A program made the translations under genes and the position numbers. A stretch of DNA of 64,000 nucleotides from Scyliorhinus canicula (Eukaryota): contig NC_052147.1 of NCBI RefSeq assembly GCF_902713615.1, positions 166,512,410 to 166,576,409 of the forward strand, in the 5' to 3' direction. Shown one piece after another: positions 1 to 11,276 of this stretch. The stretch's first letter is position 1. The number at the start of each line of letters is the position of its first letter. The notes below the pieces were generated by a model. That model made no database searches. It was not told the origin of the DNA and worked only from the letters and a program-made list of their open reading frames with translations.

Positions 1-1089
1 CACCGTCATCAAAGCCCTCAACACAATCTTCGCTCTGTTCGGTTTTCCCGCCTACATCCACAGTGACAGGGGATCCTCATTCATGAGTGATGAGCTGCGT
101 CAGTTCCTGCTCAGCAGGGGTATCACCTCCAGCAGAACGATAAGCTATAACTTCCGGGAAAATGGACAGGTAGAGAGGGAGAACGGGACAGTATGGAGGG
201 CTGTCCAACTGGCCCTACGGTCCAGGAACCTACCGGCCTCCCGCTGGCAGGAGGTCCTCCCTGATGCACTACACTCCATTCGATCACTACTGTGCACCGC
301 CACTAACAACACACCCCATGAACGTCTCTTTGCCTTCCCCAGGAAGTCCACATCCGGGGGGGTGTCACTCCTGACTTGGCTCGCAGCTCCAGGACCCGTC
401 CTTCTCCGTAGGCACGTCCGACTCCACAAGGCGGACCCGTTGGTGGACAGGGTGAAGTTGCTCCATGCGAACCCCCAGTATGCCTACGTGGCGTACCCCG
501 ACGGTCACCAGGATACTGTCTCCCTCAGGAACCTGGCACCAGCAGGTTCCCCACACACACTCCCCTCCCCCGCCGCTCCCAGCAGAAACCCCCCAGGACC
601 ATTTGTCCTCCCCCTGCCCACGCCCGAGGATGAAGAGGATTTCGGCACGCTCCCGGAGTCACCGAAGACCAGACCAGCATCGGCATCGCCACCACCATTC
701 CGTTGCTCCCAGCAGCACATCAAGGCCCCGGACCAGTTAAATCTCTAACTGGTCCCCTGGACTTAAAAAGACATTTTTTTTCTCACAAAAATTGTATAAG
801 AAAAATTCAGTTGTTGCATATAATTCTCCAACACCCCCGCCGGACTCAATTTTAACAGGGGGTGAATGTGGTAAACCACTGTTACACCTATGTTAGGTGA
901 TGTATGGTAGGACCTGTACTACAGGTTCGCCGGGAGTCCCTGCCTGCTGGCTCCGCCCAGTAGGCGGAGTATAAATATGTGTGCCCTCCGTGCAGCAGCC
1001 ATTTCGCCAGCTGCTGTGGGATGCCACACTAGAGCAATAAAGCCTCAGTTGTATCCAACTCTTGTCTTTGTGCAATTGATCGTGCATCA
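1..1089 (+). mobile_element. 3' end of a Ty3/Gypsy LTR retrotransposon (integrase, PPT, 3' LTR 867-1089)
   Basis: Integrase core (IHSDRGSSF...NGQVERENG) and C-terminal region in ORF 83-748; polypurine tract AACAGGGGGTGAA then TGTGG...CATCA LTR of 223 bp with TATAAA and AATAAA. 3' flank (ACCTG) differs from the other copies, so this is an independent insertion. Confidence 0.92.
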
Positions 1090-1563
1090 ACCTGGTCAAT
1101 ATTCTATGATAATCATTGCATATCTTATCTCTATTGTTGTTACAACCAAACAGTTTTTTCTGAGTTTCTTCAGTTGCAAATCTGGTGCTTGTAAGTCATT
1201 GGAGCAGTCAAGGGTCAAAGATTTCGGCAAATCACTGGATAACTAACGAGTTTTGGGACTCCAGGGCCTGTGAAGTTGGAATTGACCATGCAGGATCCCA
1301 GGGTATGATAACACTACCCACTACAGACCAGGCAGATTCTGAGGAAGACATAGACATTATGAATACATATAGGTGCCGTCCTCTTGCAGAATCCAGGAAA
1401 TTAGTGATGCCTTGCAGACAGTCATCATTGTAGACATTGTAGACAAGTGCACAACATCATCATCAGGGGCTGATTAGTTTCCATTGAATTTAGAAACTTC
1501 CGCATAAACATGGGACATTGAGCAAGTCAGAGCAGCTCCTATACCTACAGTCAAACTGCTCAG

Positions 1564-1785
1564 TTTTTAAAAAATAAATTTAAACCCAATTCTTTTTTCC
1601 CAATTAAGGGGCAATTTAGCTTGGCCAAGTCATATACCCTGCACAACATTTTGAGTTCTGGGGGTGAGACCCACGCAGGCACTGGGAGAATGTGCAAACT
1701 CCACACGGACAGTGACCCCGGGCTGGGATACAGGATCCTCGGCGCATGGGGCAGCAGTGCTAACCACTGCACAACTGTACTTCCC
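1564..1785 (-). mobile_element. tRNA-derived V-SINE, short A-tailed type
   Basis: tRNA-like head, GGAGTTTGCACATTCTCC core, A-rich tail; same type as 18050-18292. Confidence 0.8.
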
Positions 1786-2904
1786 AAACGGCCCACAGTT
1801 ATGGTTTGTGCACATTGTTACATCTCAGTATCCTAAATTTAATGCAAAGATGTAGCCGGGTAGTGATGTGGTGACATGATTGTTACATTCTAGTGGTTTG
1901 CAATGCACCAAAGAATGTCTCGTTCATGACTAGTTAAGATTTATTATTGCAAAAACGTGGGTAGAAAACAATACTAATACTACTAAAGAACTTTAAACTG
2001 TTAACTACTAGAATATGGGAGCTAATACTAAACACGACTATCCACTACGACTCCTCACCCAGACTCTGCGAGATTGAAGTGTCACGTTGTGTAGTTCTAC
2101 TGCCACCTGTTGTTGGAGGTCCAACATATTAACATACAGAATTGCTTATGCATATCATTACAGTGATGATGTGGTTATTTAAAAGGTCATGTGTTGGAAC
2201 GCAAATTAATAGGGAAAATGCACTATGATCACAATTCTCACAGGCCCTCTAACATCTGGTCAACTGGTCAGGGCCCAGGCTCATGAGGGTACGACACGTC
2301 AGGGTGGTGCACAGTCATGCCCTGCAGCCACACAGTCGCATGAAGACTTGGATGGTAACTACAATGTACAGAACTAACGTCACAATAGAAAACAGAGCCA
2401 GAGCCAACACCAGCAGAAGCCACAATACCCCAGCCAATCAGCTTACAACACAGGCCCCCTAACCAGTGGAAGTGGACCTTCTGACAGAGACCTATGCAGC
2501 GAGCCCTGAACCCGCTGCGCACACCCATGGAGCACCCCAGGCCATCCACACCAGCTTGAGAATGTGTGAAGCACAGCCAACTGGCGCAATCACATGTTCA
2601 GGGCATATGACCAAACCAAACACGAGGTACCCAGATGATGTAACAAACTAATCTAGAACGCGTTTTCCTCTTTCCTCTTTACACAACAATATGGGGGTGG
2701 GTTGAGATTAGGAGACACGATGGATTATTCACCAGTTTACGCAGCTGAATTTGTATTTCACCCTATGTGAATAATTATGTATTGTTAACCTGTTCAATCT
2801 GCCTGTTATAAAATGCTTTGTGCACAATAACTGTTCATTCACACAGTTACAGTTGTCCCAACTTAAGCAGGGAATATGTAGATCGAGTGATCACATGATT
2901 TTTA

Positions 2905-3195
2905 AACCATTTTTAAAAATTCATTTACAGGATGTGGGCGTCCTAATTGCCCATATTGCCCATACCTAGTTGCCCTTCAGAAGGTGGTGTTGAGCTGCCT
3001 TCTTGAACCTCTGCAGTCCTTGAGGTGTGGGTAAACCCGCTGTGCTGTTGCCCCAGTGACAATGAAGGAACCAGCGATATATTTCCAAGTCAGGTGGTGA
3101 GTGAGTGAACCTCCAGGTGGTAGCGTTCCAAGGTATCTGCTGCTCTTGTCCTTCTAGATGGTAGGGGTCATGGGTTTGGATGATGCTGTTACTTA
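2905..3195 (-). mobile_element. 3' end fragment of a CR1/L2-group LINE or its SINE
   Basis: Similar to the 3' end of the LINE fragment at 55890-56180 (GAAGGTGGTG...GCCTTCTTGAAC...GCTGCTCTTGTCCTT). Confidence 0.5.
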
Positions 3196-3339
3196 AGAAG
3201 TCACGTGATGGGCGCATGGGAGCTCCCCTCGTAATATGTACAGAAAACAAGCACGTAAGAGCTTCTCAAACTAATGAATCAACTATTGTTTATTATAAGA
3301 TCTTGGTTGCCAGTGTTTGGGAACCCAGCACTTCTACTC

Positions 3340-5831
3340 CATCCATACACATATAGATAGTAAATTGGTGGTAAAACAGGGCTGTTTTGGGACATAAAAG
3401 GGAAATTACATATGGAACCTGGAGGGCATGGCTGAGGAATTAAATGAATAATTTGCATCCATCTTTACCAAGGAGGTAGATCCTACCCAGGATATGGTGA
3501 CAGCTGAGGAAGCGTTGTACCAGAAGGGGTCATTATTACTAAAGAACAAATGTCAAATACATTGTCAATATTGAAAGATGAAACCCTTAGGGGACAGTGA
3601 TCACAATATGACAAAATTTACCCTGCAGGTTGAGAGGCAGAAGCTGGAATCAGATGCAATGGTTTTACAATTAAATAAAGGTAACTTCAAAAGCATGAAG
3701 GAAGAGCTGGCCAGAGATGATTGGAGGGGGGGGGGGGGGGGGGGGGGGGGGGTGGAGGGGGAGGGGACGGGCGGCAGCAGGGAAGACAGTGAAACAGCAG
3801 TAGGGTTTTGTGGGGGTTATTCGTAAGGCACAACAGAATTCATCCCAAGGAGGAAGAAACATGCTAAAGAGTGGACAAGGCATCCATGGCTGGCAAGGGA
3901 AGTCAAGGACAGCATAAAAGCAATGGAAAAAGCATACAAAGTGGTGAGGATTAGTGGGAAGCCACAGAATTTGGGAAGCCTTTGAAAGTGAGCAGAGGAC
4001 AACTAAAAAAGCAATAAGGTGGGGGGGGGGGGGGAGAAGATGAAATATGAGTATAAGCTACTCAGTAATATAAAGGGAGATAGCATGAGTTTTTTTCAAC
4101 ATATAAAAGGTAAGAGAGAGACAAAAATAGACATTGGACCACTGCAAAATAAGGCGGGAGAAATAGGAAACAGAGAAATGGCAGAGGAGCTGAATAGCTA
4201 CTTTGCATCAGTCTTCACAGTGGAAGACACCAGTGGGATGCCAGTGCTCCAAGAGAATCAGGAGGCATCAATGGCCATCACTAAGGAGAAGGTTCTGGGG
4301 AAACTGAAAGGTCTGAAGGTGGATAAATCAACTGGACAAGATGGACTACACCCCAAAGTTCTAAAAGAGATAACTGAGGATATCGTGGAGGTGATCTGTC
4401 AGAAAACACTGGAGGCAGGAAGGGTCTCAGAGAGCTGGTAAGTGGCTAATGTAATACCGCTGTTTAAGAAGGGAGGGAAGCAGAAGACTGGAAATTATGA
4501 GCCATTTAGCCTGACTTCAATCATTGGTAAGATCTTTGAGTCCATTATTAAAGATGAGATCACAGAGTACTTGGAAGTGCATGGTAAAATAGGACTGGGG
4601 TAGCATAGCTTCTTCAAAGGGAGTTCATGTCTGACAAATCTGTTAGAGTTCTTTGAGGAGGTAACATGGAAGACCACTGTTCACGATTTATTTTGATTTC
4701 CAGAAGGCCTTTGACAAGGTGCAGCATCGGAGGCTGTTAAGTAAGTTAAGAGCCCATGGTGTTAAAGGTAAGATACTGGCATGAATAGAGGATTGGCTGA
4801 CTGGCAGAGGGCAGTGAGAGGGGATAAAGGGGTCTTTTTCAGGAGGGCAGCCAGTGACTAGTGTTGTGCTGGGACCACAACTTTTCACAATATACATTAA
4901 CGATCTGGGACAAGGAACTGAAGGCACTGTTGCTAAAATTGTAGATGATACAAAGATATGAAGAGGGAAAGGTTATATTGAGAAAGCAGGGGGGCTGCAG
5001 AAGGACTTGGACAGGTGAGGAGAGTGGGCAAAGAAGTGGCAGAAGGAAGACAGTGTGGAAAAATATGAGCTTATGCACTTTGGAAGGAAGAATGGAGGCA
5101 TAGACTGTTTTCGAAGTGGGAAAATGCTTAGGAAATCAGACACACAAAGGGACTTAGGAGTCCTTGTTCAAGGTTCTCTTAAGGTTAACAGTTCAGTTAG
5201 GAAGGAACATGCAATGTTAACATTCATGTCAAGAGGGCTAGAATACAAGACCAGGGATGTACTCCTGTGGCTGTATAAGGTTGTGGTCAGGCCCCAGTTG
5301 GAGTAGTAGGGGCAGTTTTGGGCCACGTATCTAAGGAAGTATGTTCTGGCATTGAAAAGATCCAGAGGAGGTTCACAAGAATGATCCTTGGAATGAAGAG
5401 TTTGTCATATGAAGAGCGGTTGAGGACTCTGGATGTACTCGTTGGAATTTAGAAGGATGAGGGGGAATCCTTTTAAACCTACAAGATAACGCTAGGCCTG
5501 GATAGAGTGGACGTGGAGAGGATGTTTCCATTAGTAGGAAAAACAAGGACCTTAGACGAAAGGGACGATCCTTAAAACAGAGATGAGGAGGAACTTCTTC
5601 AGCCAGAGGTGGTGAATCTGTGGAATGCTTTCCCGCAGAAGGCTGTCGAAGTCAAATCACTGGGTGTCTTTAAGACAGAGGGAGATAGGCTCTTGTTTAA
5701 TTAAGGGATAAGTGGTTATGGGGAGAAGGCAGGAGAATCGGAATGAGAAAAATATCAGCCATGATTGAATGGCGGAGCAGACATGATGTGCCGAGTGGCC
5801 TAATTGCATTCCAATGTCTTATGGTCTTATA
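3340..5831 (+). mobile_element. degenerate CR1 LINE (ORF2 RT region and 3' UTR)
   Basis: Fragmented CR1 ORF2 peptides (MAEELNSYFASVFT, DFQKAFDKV, LYKVVVRPQLE) and a CTTATGGTCTTAT-type tail; many stops and frameshifts. Confidence 0.88.
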
Positions 5832-6290
5832 CTTTATCAATGAAAGTAATGAACAATCGAAAACAAAATTAGAGATGGTGTCTGAAATACAAAAATAATG
5901 GGTGGTGTCCCTGTGAACTATCTACCAAAATCTTCCATCTCCATTTGCAGACATCATAACGTTGCTGGGCACCTTTGTTTAATTCGATTCGCACTAAGCA
6001 ACAAATCCATTTACCATTGTACTGTCCCTGGAAATAGTCACGTCAGTGAGGAAAGCAACTGAAGCAGGAGTTGCTTAATTTACAAACTGAGCTGGCTGGG
6101 TATATTTTGGAAATAGGTTCTTGAAAATAGATTTTGTAACCATAGCTGTTTCAAAACAGTTAGAATGTACAAATAACGATGGACTCTCCCTCTTTGTTTT
6201 CACACGACAAATAAAATGAAGTGAAAGCAAAGTGAAGAGAATTATTGACATGTCAAGCAACATGTCAAGTGATGTTTTTTGTTCTCTTTT

Positions 6291-6364
6291 TGCTGACGTT
6301 CAGCATCAAATCATTTGAATAACAAAGGAACAGAGTAGAGAGCATTTTGTACAGCATATATATA
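6291..6364 (+). promoter_or_regulatory. crystallin gene 1 proximal promoter: MARE-like palindrome, Sox site, TATA box
   Basis: TGCTGACGTTCAGCA 6291-6305 preceded by a T-run; AACAAAG 6321-6327; TATATATA 6357-6364, about 60 bp before the ATG; block conserved in all three paralogs. Confidence 0.7.
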
Positions 6365-6423
6365 CCACACTGTGCAATGTTTTGCAATGTTAAAGCAGTT
6401 ACTCATCTAACTGTGAGCTCAAA

Positions 6424-9232
6424 ATGGCAAAGGCAAGAATCAGTCTGATTTTTACAGGATGTGAGAGTTTGTCATTACTATCTCGGCATTCACAAGTTTA
6501 TTAATTTATCTTGTCTCTTTCCACAGATCATCTTTTACGAGGACAGGAACTTCCAGGGAAGGCATTATGAATGCAGTAATGACTGTGCTGACCTGTCCCC
6601 TTACTTCAGCCGCTGTAACTCCATGCGTGTCATGAGTGACTGGTGGGTGATGTATGAGAGACCCAATTACATGGGATACCAGTATGTTCTGAGCAGGGGA
6701 GAATATCCTGACTACCAGCGCTGGATGGGATTCAATGACAACATTGGCTCATGTCGCACCTACCCATATGTAAGTTGGCTCTTTACTTCTTTTGCTCAGA
6801 TGGAGGTCAAGAACATGTTCACAGGGCAAAGCATCTAGGTTTGGGGAGTTGGCCTGTTTTTTCACACGGGCTAGATTCTCCGCCTCGCTGTGCCACATTT
6901 CCGTTTCACCCCGTCGGCGAAATGCTCCGTTACGCCAGCTGGTCAATGGGGTTTCCCATTGTGGGGCTGCCCCATGCCATCGGGAAACCCCGAGCTGCCG
7001 ATAAAACGGAGCATCCCACTGGCAGAGATTTAACAGTAAAGATCTAGAGCTGAGGTTTACAGTTTTAAATCTGCATTGGTCGAAATTAGAAATCATTGCT
7101 CCTCATTGGGTCATCATTGGGTCATTATCATTTTACAGGCACTGTGTTACCTTGTAAAACAGGGTTAGGGATGCCTCAGTCCCAGCTTTGGGTGCTCAGA
7201 GAACACATTGATTGCACGGATTATAGTGGCTGTAGTGTTCTCAGCAGGTACCGCGGAGAAATTGCTTTTATGAAGAGTCTCCCTATTGTCCTAAGGACAA
7301 TGTGGATACTTGTCTCATTCCACAATCAGATCCCACATCCTCACATACTTCCAACAACTTCATGTCTCCCATTCTCTGTGTCCACTCTCATCCAGTTCAT
7401 ACGCTCCCCACATGTTTAAACTGCCTCTGGAGGGTATTTGTGCATCAACTGTTAATGAGTGCTGATGCTGAATTTAGGCCTTAGATTGGCACGTGGCTGC
7501 CTCCAAGCCTGGGAACAAAAACTCGTTCAGTTTCTACCTCATAAACACAAATGTGTTGGAGACTATTAGCATTTGGCAATGATTGGATAATATATTTACA
7601 TCAAATTTATTGCACAGAAACAGGTCGTTCAGTGCAATAATCATCAGTCATGTCCATGTGTTTATTCTCCACATTAATATTCTCCATCTCTCTTTGTTGA
7701 ACACTGTAAGCAGGTCCTTGTTTCCCTTTTCTCCTCATGCACTTACTTCACTGTAATGATATGTATAGTCCAAGTGTAGTAAAGGTTAACATTTGATTTG
7801 ATTTGATTTATTATTGTAAAATGTATTAGTATACAGTGAAAAGTATTGTTTCTTGAATGCTGTACAAACAATGCATACTGTACATAGGTAAGGAAGGAGA
7901 GACTGCAGAATGTGATGTTACAGTCATAGTTAGGGTGTGGATAAAAGATCAACTTAATATGAGGTAGGTCCATTCAAAAGTCTGATGGCAGTCGGGAAGA
8001 AGCTGTTCTTGAGTCGGTTTGTACGTGACCTCAATCTTTGGTATCGTTTTCCTGACGGAAGGAGGTGGAAGAGATTATGTCTGGGGTGCGTGGGGTCGTA
8101 ACATCCGAAACAATGTATAAATCAAACACTAGATGGCGTTACTAAGTTATTGTATGTAAGGCAGCATTTCTTGGATTTCCAGGAGAACATAGAACATACA
8201 CTGCAGAAGGAGGTCATTTGGCCCATCAAGTCTGCACCGATCCACTTAAGCCCTCACTTCAACCCTATGCCCGTACCCAATAACCCTTCCTAACCTTTTT
8301 GGTCAATAAGTTCAATTTATCATGGCCTATCTACCTAACCTCTGCGGGGGGGGGGGGGGGGTGGGGGGGGGGGGGGGTGGGGGGGGGGGGGGGGGGGGGG
8401 TTGTTGGGTTATGGCTATAGGGTAGATACGTGGGTTTGAGTAGGGTGATCATTGCTCGGCACAACATCGAGGGCCGAAGGGCCTGTTCTGTGCTGTACTG
8501 TTCTATTACCTTCAGTCCACTTACACAATACATTAATGCTCAGCAGAAAGCTGTTATAACTCATGATGTACTGATTCCACAAACAGCCCAGGACATCGAG
8601 GTTGTCAGGTATTGTGAACTCGGATTTCCACTCTCATCACCCACATAGGAGGACAAGATAATATTAACCTGAAGAAAAATAAACTAAATGTTTAGTCATC
8701 ATAAGAAATGTTCTCAGGGGTCTTACATTGGATCTGACGAATAAATCCATTATAACTGTATACAATTACACTCAATCTTAATCAGATGAAAATATAATCC
8801 GAACATCCCTGTTCAGGTTATTCAATTGTCCCAGCTCTACTCTTTTTGATAAACTTTCAAGTATGTCCCTTCTAATCCATTATCTATATTTTTATAGCCA
8901 GATTCAATTGTATAATTAATACCATAATCACAAATATGCTTTTCCCTCTATCACAGTACCGAGGTGGAAACTACAGAATGAAGATTTATGAGAGGCCTGA
9001 CTTTGGAGGACAGATGATGGAATTCATGGATGACTGTCCATCTGTCTACGATCGTTTCCGTTACCGTGACATCCACTCCAGCCATGTGATGGACGGTTAC
9101 TGGACCTTCTATGAACATCCCAACTACAGAGGTCGACAGTACTTCATGAGACCCGGTGAATACAGGAGATACAGTGACTGGGGCGGCTACAACTCAACTA
9201 TCGGATCTTTCAGACGCATGAGGGATTTCTAG
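6424..9232 (+). CDS. gamma-crystallin (shark gamma-crystallin S-1/gammaM-like), gene 1, 175 aa
   Basis: Exons 6424-6432 (MAK), 6527-6769 ([16 protein letters not shown]...SCRTYPY, 243 bp), 8957-9232 ([16 protein letters not shown]...FRRMRDF*). Phase-0 introns: GC-AG 94 bp and GT-AG 2187 bp. Four Greek-key motifs; classic 9/243/276 bp gamma-crystallin layout; no stops. Confidence 0.96.
6869..7032. mobile_element. MITE fragment, Harbinger-like TIR family (intron 2; paralog ~32461-32625; related copy 9940-10110)
   Basis: GGGCTAGATTCTCC terminus; internal CAATGGGGTTTCCCATTG palindrome shared with 9940-10110. Confidence 0.5.
7790..8100 (-). mobile_element. Rex1/Babar-like LINE 3' end (paralog ~33383-33670)
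   Basis: Minus strand encodes [14 protein letters not shown], followed by a 3' UTR with AATAAA and an (ATCAA)n tail. Confidence 0.55.
8346..8400 (+). repeat. poly-G tract (others at ~3726-3752, 4021-4034, 48071-48081; poly-C 62723-62749)
   Basis: Directly visible homopolymer runs. Confidence 0.95.
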
Positions 9233-9281
9233 ACTGTTCCTGACAAATATGATTTTGATTTTCTAACATATGTGTCAGCAG

Positions 9282-9287
9282 AATAAA
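9282..9287 (+). terminator. polyadenylation signal, gene 1
   Basis: AATAAA 50 bp after the stop; same position in genes 2 and 3. Confidence 0.75.
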
Positions 9288-9679
9288 TATACATAATTTA
9301 ACTGCTATTTCACTGAGTTGTTTTGTGTTTGGATAATGAGGGAAATTGAGAGTCGTTTTAAGGTATTGAATGGGATGGGTAGATGATATCTGAGAAAATA
9401 GTTTCAGCGAAATGTCTAGGATGAGAAAAGGCAAATTTAGGGCAAATATGGGAAGTTCTTCCCATAATCCACCTTGTCTCATTTTCCATTCCATCGAATT
9501 GAATTTGAAAATTCCACACAAAGTCAGTTTGTGAAAACTATCATTAGATGAACAAATTTGATGATGAGGCAAACCTGACTCTCTGTGGCAAACCATGTAT
9601 CCATGGAAACGGATATCTGTATTTCCTGTCAATGCCCCACTACCCTGCTAATTTGTCCACTGCCAAGTAAAGAAAGACG

Positions 9680-10700
9680 TGTATTTTGGATGCCTTCCAC
9701 ATCCATCGGATGTCCCAAAGGGCTACACATCCAATGAAGTATTTTTGAGTTTTGTAGTCACTGTTGTAATGTAAGAAACACAGTGGCCAATTTGTCCACA
9801 GCATATTCCCACTAACAGCAATGTGATTGGAAACGACAGGATAGGAATAAATAGGAACTTAGGAGCAGTAGTCCATTTAGCCCCATTGATTTCTTGGGAC
9901 GGGAATTCCACAGACTAATTGGGTAGGATTCTTCATCCCGCCGCACCCGTTATCTGGTGTGGTGCACACCTGCCGGCAGCAAGATTCTCCGTCCCGCCAA
10001 CCGGCCAATGGGTTTTCCCATTGTGGGCTGCCCCACGCCGGCAGGAAATCCGTGGGCATGAGTGCGATGCCAAAAAAATGGAGGATCGCGCCGACGGAGA
10101 ATCCAGTCAATGATCTTTGAAGGAAAACATTTCTCCTCATCTCAGCTATAAACATTACAAATCTTTCTCTTCAACATTTTTTTGTGACATTGATTGAGGG
10201 GTAAATATTGAGAAGGGCACTGGGCTAAATTCAGCTGCTCTTCTTTAGAATAGTGCTACGGGATCTATTATAGCCACTTCAAAGTGAAATCTGGGCCGTG
10301 GTTTAACATTGCATGTGACAATGCAGCACTCCCTCAGTACAATACCGAGGGAGGGAATCTCTAATTCTGGGGCTATGTCCCCACGCCAGCGTGAAAACCG
10401 GCGTCAACGACTCCGGCGTCAATGGCCTCTGAAAGTGAGGAATTCCCACTTTTCTAGGGGGCAAGGTTGCCGCCGGAGTGGTCCCCGTAGCTCCAGCCGG
10501 TGGCGAGTGCGAGTGATTCTGGGCCGTGGGTTTAACATTGTATGTGACAATGCAGCACTCCCTCAGTACTACACTGAGGGCGGGATTCTCTAATTATGGG
10601 GCTATTTCCTGAGTGTCTGCCTGGATTGTTGGGCTGAAGTTTGGAAGTAGGACCAAAACTCTCAACCTCTGAGACAAGACTGTTCCATCTGAGCCAGGAC
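9680..10700 (-). mobile_element. interrupted Deu-domain SINE (SacSINE1/AmnSINE1-like); paralog ~36380-37400
   Basis: GTAGTCACTGTTGTAATGTA..GCCAATTTG..CAGCAATGTGAT and TGATTGAGGG.TAAATATTG..GCAGCACTCCCTCAGTAC blocks resemble the DeuSINE core (recognised from memory); split by MITE fragments. Confidence 0.55.
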
Positions 10701-11276
10701 TCTATTATCTTCCTTCCTTTTAGAAAGTTATGATTGAATCTGCTTCCACCCTTTCTGGTAGTCTGTTGATCATTTTCTGCATAAAAATCTATTCTCCTCA
10801 ACTCCCATCCCATTCTTTAGCCAATTACCTTAAATCTGTGCTGTCTGGTCCCACAAACCTCCTGCCGCTGTAAACAGTTCATATTTGTTTCCTCTATCAA
10901 GGGGCTTCATGAATTTGAACACCTTTATTAAAATCTCCCTGAACTTTCTCCGCTCTGAGGAGAGACCAAATCAGCTTTCTAATGTCTCCATTTATGTCGT
11001 ACTGACCAATAGCAGTTATATTTCAAGTTACCAATAACGGCCTATAACGTCCTGCATCATTCGTGCCTACAGTCACTGGTCCACTCCACTTGCGGGGCGT
11101 GATGACCTGGAGGTGTGGGCATTCAGACATGCGCGCTGGAAGCACGTGGCATTTAAACCCCCGGGCAATTTATTTTGACTGCTTGAGGTCCTGCGCTGTT
11201 GATTGAAACGTTGGTCTGCATCGCTAACTTGGGCCATTTACCCAGATATTTGGTGACTTTTTACACCTTCGTATTT

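Noticed and set aside
3578-3883. Poly-Gly/poly-Pro ORFs (also 8327-8533, 62471-62955)
   Set aside because: Translations of G/C homopolymer tracts
6246-6268. p53/p63 response element (TGACATGTCA-AG-CAACATGTCA)
   Set aside because: Each half-site has mismatches and only one half survives in gene 3; noted only as part of the promoter footprint
6461-6838. ORF-track starts and extensions of crystallin exons (also 8936, 31940, 35642, 54026)
   Set aside because: They read through intron sequence; splice sites define the real 9/243/276-bp exons
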